A stretch of 55,001 nt of DNA from a virus (lineage: Duplodnaviria; Caudoviricetes): positions 1 through 55,001 of IMG/VR virus record IMGVR_UViG_3300024288_000002; one strand, written 5' to 3'. Positions 9,328-19,303 of this stretch are shown here, piece by piece. Under the pieces are notes generated by a model. It did no database searches. It saw nothing but the letters and a program-made list of their open reading frames with translations, and had not been told where the DNA came from. Position 1 is the stretch's first letter. Every line of letters starts with the position of its first letter. A program made the position numbers and the translations under genes.

Positions 9328-10320
9328 ATGCCCGTTTACAACCCGACAGGTTCCGTTAACGTCCACATTGATCAGATCCTGACCCAGATCAGTGTCGGAT
9401 GGCCCAACAACGGACTCGTAGGTGAGCAGCTCTTTCCTACCGTCAACGTTCAGAAGCAGTCGGACAAGTACTACGTCTTCGGCCGTGAAGGTTGGAGCGT
9501 TCAGAACGATGTGCGTGCTCCGGGCGCCGAGGCGAACGAGATTCCTGGTCTCACGCTGTCGACTGACACGTACTATGCACAGGAGCACTCGCTTCAGATT
9601 CCGGTAACGGATGAAGAGCGTTGGAACGCTGATAGTCCTCTGGCGCCGGACCGTGATGGTGCTGAGCTCGTGACCTCCAAGATCTGGTTGGGTCGCGAGA
9701 AGGCGATGCAGCTGTTGGCGACCACCGCTGCGAACTACGCATCGACTAACACCATCACGCTCTCCGGCACGAGTCAGTTCAACGACTACATCAACTCGGA
9801 CCCGATCTCGGTGCTCCGTGTTGGCAAGTCGGCTGTACACTCGCGCATCTTCCAAGCGCCGAACCTCATGGTGATTCCCTACCAGGTCATGACGATCCTG
9901 GAAGACCACCCGGACTTCATCGAGCGCATCAAGTACTCGGAGCGCGGCATCGTCTCCTCGGACTTGATCGGCGCGGTGCTCGGCATCGACAAGATCATCA
10001 TCCCAGGCGTCGGCATCGACAGCGCCGCTCTCGGCCAGGCTCCGTCGCTGAGCTACCTCTGGGGTAAGGATGTTCTACTGGCGTGGGTTCCTCCGCGCGC
10101 CGGCCTGAAGATCCCTGCCTTCGCGTACGAGTTCGGATGGGTCGGCAACCCTGGTGGGTCTCTTCAGTACGTCGACCGTTGGCGTGAAGAGAAGCGGAAG
10201 TCAGACCTTGTTCGGGTCTGCCGCTACTACGACCTGAAGCTGGTAGCCCAGGGCGACCCGGGCACAGCCGATGCCGGCAAGGCCATTGCTGGCTACCTGA
10301 TCAAAGCCGCTGTGGCGTAA
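9328..10320 (+). CDS. Major capsid protein
   Basis: 'HIDQILTQISVG...LFPTVNVQKQSDKYYVF...RAPG'; 330 aa; strongly biased codon usage; synteny. Confidence 0.9.
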   Translation: MPVYNPTGSVNVHIDQILTQISVGWPNNGLVGEQLFPTVNVQKQSDKYYVFGREGWSVQNDVRAPGAEANEIPGLTLSTDTYYAQEHSLQIPVTDEERWNADSPLAPDRDGAELVTSKIWLGREKAMQLLATTAANYASTNTITLSGTSQFNDYINSDPISVLRVGKSAVHSRIFQAPNLMVIPYQVMTILEDHPDFIERIKYSERGIVSSDLIGAVLGIDKIIIPGVGIDSAALGQAPSLSYLWGKDVLLAWVPPRAGLKIPAFAYEFGWVGNPGGSLQYVDRWREEKRKSDLVRVCRYYDLKLVAQGDPGTADAGKAIAGYLIKAAVA

Positions 10321-10332
10321 GGGAGGTGTGAG

Positions 10333-10641
10333 ATGGCATCACAGTACTACGCACTATCGAAGATCCTTCATGGTCAGGGCGCCGCTGGCGAGTTGGTGTT
10401 TGAGGTCGGCGACCAGGTCAAGGGTCTGAACAAGGACGCCATGATCTCGTTGTGGAACGCGGGCGTTCTGACCGAGCGCGACCCTAACCAAGCACCCCCG
10501 GACGATCGCGACGATCGGATCAAGGCGTTGGAGAAGGAGCTCGCGGACCTCAAGGCCTCGCAGACCGCGCCAATTCTGCCTGAGGGCGAAAGCCCTGCAG
10601 CAGAAGCGGCCGATGATCCGGCTGCTGAGCCTGTAGCCTAG
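10333..10641 (+). CDS. Hypothetical head-associated protein
   Basis: GGAGGTG RBS; directly after the capsid gene. Confidence 0.6.
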   Translation: MASQYYALSKILHGQGAAGELVFEVGDQVKGLNKDAMISLWNAGVLTERDPNQAPPDDRDDRIKALEKELADLKASQTAPILPEGESPAAEAADDPAAEPVA

Positions 10642-10665
10642 TAGCAACGTGAGGAGGGTGGAGAT

Positions 10666-11109
10666 ATGTCTCGTATTACTGTGGCGGAAGCCAAGGCATG
10701 GGCAGACGGTACGAAGCTGACTATCTCCACCCTAGACGCGGATCTACTTGACCACCTCGAAGAAGAAACTATTCGCCAGCTTACGGGCTTCGATGCTACG
10801 ACGTGGGTAGATGCGACGACCACTCCTAAGCTCGTACGAACGATCATTGCCAAGCTGTATGTAGCGTGGCTCTATGATCGGCAGTACTCAGAAGACATTG
10901 ACCAAGGTAGTAACTACGCTGATCGCCTGAAGACGAATGCTAACAACCTCATCGCAGGCTTGATCGCAGGTACCATCGAGCTTCCGGGTGTCCTTGACGT
11001 GTCGGGATCACCTACCTTCTATCCAACCGATGCATCGTCGGCTATGACTGCGACGACTGACGATCCCTCCCTCGGGCCTGCCGCATTCTCGATGGGGATG
11101 CGCTTCTAA
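10666..11109 (+). CDS. Head-to-tail adaptor (Mu gp36-like)
   Basis: 'TPKLVRTIIAKLYVAWLY' helical motif; synteny. Confidence 0.7.
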   Translation: MSRITVAEAKAWADGTKLTISTLDADLLDHLEEETIRQLTGFDATTWVDATTTPKLVRTIIAKLYVAWLYDRQYSEDIDQGSNYADRLKTNANNLIAGLIAGTIELPGVLDVSGSPTFYPTDASSAMTATTDDPSLGPAAFSMGMRF

Positions 11110-11119
11110 GGAGGGTACT

Positions 11120-11809
11120 GTGACACTTCCCCGCGAGCCCATTCAGAATACGCCTCTTAGGCTTTCGGAGATCAAGCGAGCCATTTATGGTGGCCTAAGA
11201 TTCGATCGGGTCTTGTATGCGGGTTGGTCATTTCAACCCTCTCCCGGCATCGTCGCTAAGGACATTGATCGTCTAGGTATAGACATCCGCTCCTTCAAAG
11301 AGCCTCTCATTAAAGCCATCCGTCTAGTCATGATGCCATCTATTCGAAAGAACTTCGAGATGGGTGGACGTCCTGAGCCCGGGTGGCCGCCTCTTGCCGA
11401 GTACACAGTCAAAGTTCGTGGTGAGGCTTGGCCCATCCTCGTACGCTCTGGCGCCCTGAAGAAGGTAGCGACGAGCTTCTCGATCTGGACCATTGGTCAG
11501 ACTACGGCTTCGATTCGAGAACTACCTTCCAAAGTCTGGTATGGTAATCTTCACCAGGCTGGCTACGGTAGCATTGGACAAATTGCACGTAAGGAACTTG
11601 GCCCTCGAGCAACGCCTCAGGACATTCAAGATCGTGCAATGCAGTTGTTCCTAGGTGCTCGACCGGCCCACCAGCAGTCCAAGATCGTAATCCCACAGCG
11701 GGAGTTTGCCGTATTCCAAGATGAGGACATGGAAAAGATCCAGGAGATCTTCATCGATTGGGTTGAGCAACGTGCTGACAGAGTCGGAAGGACGTGGAAC
11801 TTGCTATGA
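11120..11809 (+). CDS. Virion morphogenesis / tail completion protein (Mu gpG-like)
   Basis: 'NFEMGGRP..WPPLA...ILVRSGAL...HQAG...IPQREF' motifs. Confidence 0.8.
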   Translation: MTLPREPIQNTPLRLSEIKRAIYGGLRFDRVLYAGWSFQPSPGIVAKDIDRLGIDIRSFKEPLIKAIRLVMMPSIRKNFEMGGRPEPGWPPLAEYTVKVRGEAWPILVRSGALKKVATSFSIWTIGQTTASIRELPSKVWYGNLHQAGYGSIGQIARKELGPRATPQDIQDRAMQLFLGARPAHQQSKIVIPQREFAVFQDEDMEKIQEIFIDWVEQRADRVGRTWNLL

Positions 11810-12276
11810 CAGGTCCTTACGGCTACACTTCCGATCCGACAGTTATCACGCAGCTCATCCTCGACAAAATCGAAGCTGCCAAAGCTACATTTCGCATTCC
11901 TGTGATTGACACGTACTACGGAGATCAGGATCGTATCCTACACACGCCTTCCATATGTGTCGAGACAGGTGAGAAGCAGCGAGCACTGCATGGCACTGTT
12001 ATGACCGAGAATGAGTTCCTAGTCTACATCTTGGTGTACCATAACAAGGTGCAAGGCAATGAACTCACTCGTAAAGAGTGTGACATGATAGGGTACGACG
12101 TCGAGATGCTGCTACACCAAGACCTGCAACTAAAGAATGGTGGAACAGTTGCTAACGTGATTCACGGGTATGTACAGTCGCACGAGTCGGGCTACACATT
12201 CAAGCAGAACACGATGTACAGGTCAGCACGATTGACTTGGCACGGTCTGAACAAAACGTCGCTGCCGGTTGCATAG
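11806..12276 (+). CDS. Tail terminator
   Basis: Synteny, size and ATGA overlap. Confidence 0.6.
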   Translation: MTGPYGYTSDPTVITQLILDKIEAAKATFRIPVIDTYYGDQDRILHTPSICVETGEKQRALHGTVMTENEFLVYILVYHNKVQGNELTRKECDMIGYDVEMLLHQDLQLKNGGTVANVIHGYVQSHESGYTFKQNTMYRSARLTWHGLNKTSLPVA

Positions 12277-12288
12277 ACAAGGAGTGCC

Positions 12289-12525
12289 ATGACTGCAGTG
12301 AGGGTACAGTTCGAGGTGACGTCAGAGCACCCTTGCCAGATTCCAATCATCGGCGAGTTCGCTGCTGGCGAGACCAAGGTGATCGACGACTACACACTCG
12401 AGCTGTTCGAGGTGAACTACGGATACAAGCTTGGAGCCAGTTCCTTCGCTCGCAGCATAACCTGCGTGGCACGTGTGATCGAGGACTCCGAGCCTGTGAA
12501 GGATGAGGAGGTAACAAATGCCTAA
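12289..12525 (+). CDS. Hypothetical protein
   Basis: AAGGAG RBS; fills the gap before the tail tube gene. Confidence 0.55.
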   Translation: MTAVRVQFEVTSEHPCQIPIIGEFAAGETKVIDDYTLELFEVNYGYKLGASSFARSITCVARVIEDSEPVKDEEVTNA

Positions 12526-13780
12526 CCCGGGTATTGGTGCTAGCGGACAAGTAGGCATCGCCGCCGAAGTCCTAGTTCCGCCAGTCCTAGCAGGGTCTCC
12601 TGTCGCTGGTGGTGCTCTCACGGCTGGTACGTACAAGTACTACGTCACGGCGATCAACGCCAATGGTGAGACAAGCATTAGCAACGAGGTCACCGTCACT
12701 ACCGCAGCCGGCAACCTTACTGCTGCCATGACTTGGGGCGCAGTGACAGGTGCAACGGGATACAAGATCTATCGCACAGCTGCTGCGGGTGCTACTGGCA
12801 CTGAGCTCTTGCTTGCGACACTCGGCCTCGTTCTCCTGTACAACGATGCGGCAGTCGGAGCTCCAGCAGGAGCCCTTCCAACGATCAACACCGCAGCGAA
12901 TGGTGGTGTGTACGCTGCACCAACCAAGTTCTTCCCAATCAACAACGAGTCGCTCAAGTTCCAGCAGAACACCCAGTGGCGTCGGCCGATTCGCAAGACG
13001 GCTGACATCGTAGGAGCTGTTCCTGGTGACGTCCACATCGAGGGCGACATCGAGATGGAAGCTCTCGAGGACGTCGTACCGTGGTTCCTGTACTCGAGTC
13101 GTACGGCCGTAGTGAAGTCGGTTACGGGTCCAAACTACACGTACGTCTTTACACCCACAGCGGCGGCCATTCCAGTGCGCACGCTGAGTATCACGGTAGA
13201 GCGCAACGCCGTTATCTTCGGGTACGTCGGATGTGTCGTAACTAGCTACAAGTTTACTGTCTCGAATGGCATGCTGATGTTTACCGTCAGCATTGTAGGT
13301 CGGGACGAAGCCACGCAGTCACTGCCTACTCCTTCGTTCACTACCACGACGCCGTTCGGTGCTGGCAACTACAGCATGGAGATCCCGACTGCAACACAGG
13401 TCTTCGACATCGACACCTTCGACTGGTCTTGTGACGACAACGGGACGCCGCAGTACCGTATGAAGAACACGGGACGTGGTGCGCAGTTCATCAACTTCGG
13501 CGAGCGCGCGTTAGCTATTACATGTGACCGTGACTTCCTCGACCGGACTGACTACGACGCCTTCAAGGCACTGACGGCGCAGGCAGTAACGTTCACGGCC
13601 ACTAAGGGTGTCAACAACCTGATCACGCTTCTCACATCCGTTTCTATCAAGGACACATACGAACTCGGTCTCAGCGGCGAGGGTGATCTGATCCGAGCTC
13701 ACATCGCTTACCAGCTGGCGATCGACGGCGGCGGTATCTCATACCAGATCACGATCAAGAACCAAGAAAACGTGTTGTAA
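12518..13780 (+). CDS. Major tail (tube) protein with an N-terminal Fn3-like insertion
   Basis: Tail-tube-like core (P..FFP...ESL, GDIEME, YTYVFTP); precedes the chaperone and tape measure genes. Confidence 0.8.
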   Translation: MPNPGIGASGQVGIAAEVLVPPVLAGSPVAGGALTAGTYKYYVTAINANGETSISNEVTVTTAAGNLTAAMTWGAVTGATGYKIYRTAAAGATGTELLLATLGLVLLYNDAAVGAPAGALPTINTAANGGVYAAPTKFFPINNESLKFQQNTQWRRPIRKTADIVGAVPGDVHIEGDIEMEALEDVVPWFLYSSRTAVVKSVTGPNYTYVFTPTAAAIPVRTLSITVERNAVIFGYVGCVVTSYKFTVSNGMLMFTVSIVGRDEATQSLPTPSFTTTTPFGAGNYSMEIPTATQVFDIDTFDWSCDDNGTPQYRMKNTGRGAQFINFGERALAITCDRDFLDRTDYDAFKALTAQAVTFTATKGVNNLITLLTSVSIKDTYELGLSGEGDLIRAHIAYQLAIDGGGISYQITIKNQENVL

Positions 13781-13969
13781 GGAAACCAGAGACAGTAGAA
13801 AAGACAATCGAGATAGCATAAGAGACGAGATGAATCGATGGATTACGTAGAAGGAGTACGTGATTCGTCTAACACACGTCTATTAGCTTTTGTTCGGAAA
13901 TTGGTTAAAGCCGCCCTGTGGGTATTGATTCACATGCTCCGGCTGACCACGTCATTACTGGAGGGTGAG

Positions 13970-14416
13970 ATGGCAAGGGCAACGGTTGCAAAAACGACGG
14001 AGAAATTCCCACTGACTACCATCGAGGCTACGGAGCAAGATCCGGAAGGTGGTTGGGTGGAGCTCCGTCGTTTAGCTTATGGCGAGAAGCTTCAGAAGGA
14101 CGCCGAAGCGATGAAGATGCGCTTCGCAATGGACGACGCTCGGAGTGGAAGTAAAGGCATCGATGCGGAGGTGTCCTTGATCAGCGAGTTCGTAACGCTG
14201 GCCGAGTTTGCCAAGTGCATCGTGGCTCATAACCTCACGGGTCCAATCGATCCGAACGACGATACTAAGGGAGAACGTCCGCTCGACTTCCGTAAGCCAG
14301 AAGACGTTCGGGCATTGGACCCTCGAGTCGGCGACGAGATCTCAACCCTGATCGGCGAGCTCAACGACTTCGAGAAGGCCGTAAGAACTAACATCATGGA
14401 TGCCTCGGGAAAATAA
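13970..14416 (+). CDS. Tail assembly chaperone (short form)
   Basis: GGAGGGTG RBS before ATG at 13970; ends at slippery G GGA AAA TAA. Confidence 0.8.
   Translation: MARATVAKTTEKFPLTTIEATEQDPEGGWVELRRLAYGEKLQKDAEAMKMRFAMDDARSGSKGIDAEVSLISEFVTLAEFAKCIVAHNLTGPIDPNDDTKGERPLDFRKPEDVRALDPRVGDEISTLIGELNDFEKAVRTNIMDASGK
14407..14413 (+). promoter_or_regulatory. Programmed -1 frameshift site GGGAAAA
   Basis: The -1 frame from 14413 is open and in frame with the ORF at 14458-14649. Confidence 0.85.
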
Positions 14417-14649
14417 TTAGGCCTGGTCTAGCCTGGCGGCTAAGGGCATCAATCGTTATGGATCGTCCATCTGACGAAGAAGTTGTACAGGTCCTAGCGG
14501 TGGTGCGAACGTGTCAAAGCATGAAGGTGCTTCCACGTGCAGGAGGGCTACTAGACCAGGACGCATATTTCGTTCTCCTGCTTCAATTGGTTCTAGCGGC
14601 TGACTCAGAAAGAGCGGCGCTTGACAAGGCTAGGCAGAAGGCGGCGTAA
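14413..14649 (+). CDS. Tail assembly chaperone, frameshifted C-terminal extension
   Basis: 'LPRAGGLLDQD' is typical of actinophage long chaperone forms. Confidence 0.8.
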   Translation: MIRPGLAWRLRASIVMDRPSDEEVVQVLAVVRTCQSMKVLPRAGGLLDQDAYFVLLLQLVLAADSERAALDKARQKAA

Positions 14650-17336
14650 TGGCCCTCGCGACACGAAACTTGTACCTCGTCCTGAAAGCAAGGGACGAGG
14701 CATCTCGTGTCATCCGAGGCTTTGGGCGTGAGCTAACTAGAGCAGGCCGTCTCGCCGAAGCAGAGAACCTTCGTACTCGGGCTGGGCTAGCTTCATTGAA
14801 GGCGGCGCAGTTAGCAGCCTCTGGAGCTGCCCAGGCCGATATCGACAAGCAGAACCTTCTCGCTAAGACCCTTAGAGGTCAAGCGCAGGAACTTGAACGA
14901 GCGCATAGAGCATCTGTGCGGTATGCCAATGCTCTACACTCTGTTAGTGCTACCCTTATCACGGTTGGTTCCGGTCTAGCTATTGCCGGTGCGGTGGGCC
15001 TAGCCTTTCTTACCCAATCAGTACAAGTTGCCAAGGAATACAACCGCACAGTAGCGTTGACCTCTACCCAGATTACAGACTTCAAAGCAAGCCTGCAGGA
15101 CCTGTCTGCCTTAGGTCTCAACGTCGCTAGAACTATCGCTGCACCTTTCGAAGAGATCCAGCCAGCCCTGTATAACATTTTCTCGTCGACCAATGCTAGT
15201 ATGGCACAAGCGTCAGTTCTGTTAACATCGTTTGCGAAGACAGCTGTAGCTGGCCAAGTCTCGATCGAGGATGCAGCTAAGGGCACTATCCCGATTCTCA
15301 ATGCGTTCAACATCCCGCTTGAGAAGGTCAATAGTGTTCTAGACATTCAGTTCCAATTGGTTCGTAAGGGTGTTGGTACCTACGCAGACTTCTCGAGTGT
15401 GTTCGGTCGAGTCGTTCCATCAGCGACTCGTGCTGGACAAAGCTTTGAGACTGTCGCGGCTATGCTTGCGTACTTGACCCGTAACGGTCTAAGTGCTGCT
15501 ATGGCTTCCTCTTCAGCAGCACGTGCTCTTGATGCTATGTCGAATCCAAAAGCCGTAGCGAGTATGGAAGCGCTAGGCATCAAGGTTCGAGATGCTGCGG
15601 GCAACATGCTACCGCTAGAGCAGTCACTCCAGAACTTGCAGAAGTACTTGTTGGCGCTTCCTAATAAGGATCGCATCCAGGCACTGGTCGACATCTTCAA
15701 GGGTGCTGGCGGAACTATCCAGGCTCGAAGGTTCCTTGACCAGATTCTATTGAAGCCTGGAGAGCTTAACGAGTACATTGGCTTCTTGAACGACATGAAG
15801 AATGCCAATGGTTCGTTCGAGCAGGCGTACGCCACGATGAGCAATACAGTAGCTGCTCAGACTACCCTCCTGCGTAACAACTGGAAGGTCCTTCAGGTAA
15901 ACCTAGGCAACGCTGTTACGCCTGCATTCGTTGTACTACTGTCTTGGGTCAACAAGCTGCTGACAGCCTTTAATGGCCTAAGTCCCAATATGCAAAAGGT
16001 CATTGCTATTGGTATCGGCATTGTTAGTATCTTCGGGGTGGTCGCTGGCGTCATCCTCATTGTGCTTGGTGCTCTCGCAGGAATCGCGGCGGCCATCATT
16101 GGTGCAGGTGCATCGTTCTTCTATCTGGTCGGTGGCGTTGTTGCCCTGATAGCCGCTCTTGCAGCTTTCACTGCTGCATTGGTTCTAGCGTGGACTCGTA
16201 GTGCTCAGTTCCGTGGCATGGTAAGCGACATGCAAAAGCATCTCAAGTCCTTGTGGCATGATGTCATAGTCCCACTTGGACAAGCAATTCAAGATGCGTG
16301 GGACAAGCATATGGGTCCTGCGCTTACTAAACTAGCTGACATTATCGAACAAAAGATCATGCCAGCTGTAAGGGAATTCTATAACCAGTTCTGGGCGAAA
16401 CTACTTCCGGCATTGAAAGAAGTAGCGATGTTTATTAAGACCCTGCTGGTAGGTGCCTTCACAGGTATCGGGTGGGTAATTACTAACATACTTGTGCCAG
16501 CAATAAACTGGCTCATACAAAAGTACCAGGAGCACAAGGCAACAGTTGATATGGTTGTTAGTGTCTTGATTTGGCTCGGTAAGTGGATCCTGAAGATTGC
16601 TGCAGTTGTAGGCATAGTACTAGCCGGAGCATTCGTTGGATCCGTAGTCCTTTCGATGCTAGCATTCATTGCCGCAATCGTGGCAGTGATTGCCGTTGTC
16701 GTTTTGTTGGTTGAGGGCATCAAGTGGTTGGTGGAATGGATTGGTACTAACGTTCCAAAGGCGTGGGACTGGGTTGCCGCAAAGAGTGTTGCTGTTTGGA
16801 ATTGGATAGCAGCGTTCTTCGCAGGTGTTTGGAATGGTGTTTGGAATACCTTCTGGACCACTCTTAGTAAGATTCAAACCGGTGTTACGACGATTTGGTC
16901 TTCCATTGTCAACTTCTTTAGTAACGCGGGTACTTGGTTGTTCAACGCAGGTAAGAACATCGTCCAAGGTTTGATTGACGGTTTGCTAAGCATGCTCGGA
17001 GCTGTAGGTAAGATCGCTGGACAAGTTGCACAATCAGTGAAGGACTTCTTCCCGCACTCGCCAGCTAAGAAGGGTCCCCTCTCAGGTGCTGGCAGTATGT
17101 TTTATGCCGGCAAGAAGATGGCTCAACAGCTCGCCGATGGGTTGTCGTCACAAAATGCAACCATCAGCATGAGTGCTGCATACCAAGCAGGGACAGCCGC
17201 AAGCAACTTAACACCTCCTCCTCCAGGTAGTTCTAATGGTGGCGATGTACAACAGACCTTCAATATCAATACGCAGGAGATCAACCCCAGAAGGCATGCT
17301 GCGGAGCTGGGCTTCTTGTTGGCAGGTAGGTTGTAA
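14649..17336 (+). CDS. Tape measure protein
   Basis: 895 aa; Ala-rich helical; TP901-type core, hydrophobic segments and Trp-periodic repeats. Confidence 0.93.
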   Translation: MALATRNLYLVLKARDEASRVIRGFGRELTRAGRLAEAENLRTRAGLASLKAAQLAASGAAQADIDKQNLLAKTLRGQAQELERAHRASVRYANALHSVSATLITVGSGLAIAGAVGLAFLTQSVQVAKEYNRTVALTSTQITDFKASLQDLSALGLNVARTIAAPFEEIQPALYNIFSSTNASMAQASVLLTSFAKTAVAGQVSIEDAAKGTIPILNAFNIPLEKVNSVLDIQFQLVRKGVGTYADFSSVFGRVVPSATRAGQSFETVAAMLAYLTRNGLSAAMASSSAARALDAMSNPKAVASMEALGIKVRDAAGNMLPLEQSLQNLQKYLLALPNKDRIQALVDIFKGAGGTIQARRFLDQILLKPGELNEYIGFLNDMKNANGSFEQAYATMSNTVAAQTTLLRNNWKVLQVNLGNAVTPAFVVLLSWVNKLLTAFNGLSPNMQKVIAIGIGIVSIFGVVAGVILIVLGALAGIAAAIIGAGASFFYLVGGVVALIAALAAFTAALVLAWTRSAQFRGMVSDMQKHLKSLWHDVIVPLGQAIQDAWDKHMGPALTKLADIIEQKIMPAVREFYNQFWAKLLPALKEVAMFIKTLLVGAFTGIGWVITNILVPAINWLIQKYQEHKATVDMVVSVLIWLGKWILKIAAVVGIVLAGAFVGSVVLSMLAFIAAIVAVIAVVVLLVEGIKWLVEWIGTNVPKAWDWVAAKSVAVWNWIAAFFAGVWNGVWNTFWTTLSKIQTGVTTIWSSIVNFFSNAGTWLFNAGKNIVQGLIDGLLSMLGAVGKIAGQVAQSVKDFFPHSPAKKGPLSGAGSMFYAGKKMAQQLADGLSSQNATISMSAAYQAGTAASNLTPPPPGSSNGGDVQQTFNINTQEINPRRHAAELGFLLAGRL

Positions 17337-18190
17337 TGACACTCACTAGCGATTACACGTGGCAGCTCAATTCAGGAGTCATCCTAAACGATGACTCCCT
17401 GTCGCTACCCTTCGTCGACATTGCCAAAGTCTCCGGCTTGGACTCTGCTCCCTACAGGGAAACGATTCGAGACCATGAAGGTACCGATGGCGGGTTCATC
17501 GATGCCCAGTTCGAGCAAGGCAGGGAGCTTTCCCTAGAGGGTACTGCTTATTGTGACGTAGCTAACGTCGAGCCTTACTTCGATACGCTGAAGGCTAACT
17601 ACGCTCCGGTGACTTCCCCTATCCCGCTCGTCTTCAAGGCGTCTGGTGTATCTGAGCGAGTCATGTTTGTCAAGCCTCGGGGTATCAGGTACGACTGGGA
17701 CACCGCACGTCGAACTGGAATGACTCCGATCCAGTTCTTGATGTACGCAGAGGATCCACGTATCTATGACAACAGCCTTCTCAGCGTGGTCATTCCGTTT
17801 GGTGGTCTGGCCACGACTGGTTTTGGGTTCTCTTTTGGGTTCAACCTAAGCTTCGGTGTATCTGTTCCGCCTGTTGGTGGGATTGTACTTGTAACAGGCA
17901 ACAGACCTACACCGGCACTTCTAACTATAACAGGTCCTACTGTTGATCCTCGCATCATTAACGACACAGACAGTAAGACACTAGGACTTAGTTTTACGTT
18001 AGGTGTCTCGGACGTTATTGTTATCGACCTGGCTAATAGAACTTGCATCCTTAATGGCTCAGCGAACCTACGCGGTTTCATGACGCAGGCGGACTGGTGG
18101 CTGTTCAATCCTGGAAGCACGTCTATCAGGTTCGGTGGAGCATCAGGTTCAGGGACGCTAACAGTGAGCTACAGAAATGCGTGGAGGTAA
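17336..18190 (+). CDS. Distal tail protein (Dit-like)
   Basis: Follows the tape measure gene; 'AEDPRIY', 'ITGP..DPRI', 'YRNAW' motifs. Confidence 0.8.
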   Translation: MTLTSDYTWQLNSGVILNDDSLSLPFVDIAKVSGLDSAPYRETIRDHEGTDGGFIDAQFEQGRELSLEGTAYCDVANVEPYFDTLKANYAPVTSPIPLVFKASGVSERVMFVKPRGIRYDWDTARRTGMTPIQFLMYAEDPRIYDNSLLSVVIPFGGLATTGFGFSFGFNLSFGVSVPPVGGIVLVTGNRPTPALLTITGPTVDPRIINDTDSKTLGLSFTLGVSDVIVIDLANRTCILNGSANLRGFMTQADWWLFNPGSTSIRFGGASGSGTLTVSYRNAWR

Positions 18191-18193
18191 GAC

Positions 18194-19288
18194 ATGGCCG
18201 AATTCAACCCGCCTGGCTGGCTACAGAATGCGGGTGCTACTCACACAGCCGTTCAGATGCGGAGTTATGTTTCCGCCCTTCTTACAGGCGCAAATGCTTC
18301 TGCTTCGTTAGTGGCTCGAGGCGGCGTCGCACCAGCTCTGGGCAACAAGCTTCAGGTAACACAGACGGGCTCTCCGTCGATGGCGGTGATCATTAGGTCA
18401 GGCTTAGCGTGGGTGCCTGGAACCGAGCTAGGCTCGCAAAGCGTCTACGGCGTCTTGAACGACGCAGACCTAACTGTAGCCGTTACGACGGCGCATGCTA
18501 CTCTCGCTCGCATCGACCTCGTGTGCTTCAAGGTTCAGGACACGCAGTACTCGGGAGCTGTAAACGCTTCCTCCTTGGTTGTCGTAGCAGGTACGCCTTC
18601 AGGATCACCTGTAGCTCCTGCAGCACCTAACAACTCGATCACGTTAGCTCAGGTAGCAGTAGGCGCAGCTGTCACTTCGATCACCAATGCTAACATTACT
18701 GACAAGCGTATGTACCTCGCTACAGGTGTACTCCTGTGCACCTCAGCTACGCGACCAGCCGCAGGAACTGTTGGCGTCGGCCAGACCATCTTCCAGTCGG
18801 ACAACAACAGGATGTACACAACTTCCGATGGTGGTACAACTTGGATCGAGTTGACCAAGCGCAAGTACCTTGCAGGTGTTGCATATGTTACGGCTGGCGA
18901 CCAAACTATTGCCGCTGGCAACAATGCGGTGGTTGCCAACGTAACCTTCACTGCGGAAATCAACAACACGTATGTTCTAACAGTTACTGGTAGAATCAAA
19001 GGATCTGTAGCTGCTAGCCAGGCTCTCATCCAAGGCAAGCACAGAACAGGTGCAGGCCCCGCTGTTGTTGGTGATGCGAGTACAACAAATTCGCTGGACT
19101 ACATTGTGGGCACTGATGTCACAGTCGGTGATATCTACACCTTCATTGGTGAGTTTGTCGCCTCAGCTAGCGGTACGTATACTGCAGGTCTACTCGTCAA
19201 CTTCTTCAGCGGATCTGGTACTATGACTGTCTTTAGCAATAGCAACACGCAGATCCGAATAGGAGTTACTGAAGCAATTCCGGTGTAA
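18194..19288 (+). CDS. Minor tail protein / receptor-binding candidate
   Basis: Actinophage minor-tail N-terminus 'RIDLV...GTPSGSPVAP...ITLAQV...ITNANITDKR'. Confidence 0.75.
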   Translation: MAEFNPPGWLQNAGATHTAVQMRSYVSALLTGANASASLVARGGVAPALGNKLQVTQTGSPSMAVIIRSGLAWVPGTELGSQSVYGVLNDADLTVAVTTAHATLARIDLVCFKVQDTQYSGAVNASSLVVVAGTPSGSPVAPAAPNNSITLAQVAVGAAVTSITNANITDKRMYLATGVLLCTSATRPAAGTVGVGQTIFQSDNNRMYTTSDGGTTWIELTKRKYLAGVAYVTAGDQTIAAGNNAVVANVTFTAEINNTYVLTVTGRIKGSVAASQALIQGKHRTGAGPAVVGDASTTNSLDYIVGTDVTVGDIYTFIGEFVASASGTYTAGLLVNFFSGSGTMTVFSNSNTQIRIGVTEAIPV

Positions 19289-19303
19289 GGAAAGGAGGGT
19301 GAC

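Noticed and set aside
13838-13969. Longer start for the tail assembly chaperone
   Set aside because: AT-rich motif-containing intergenic DNA; a strong RBS precedes ATG 13970.
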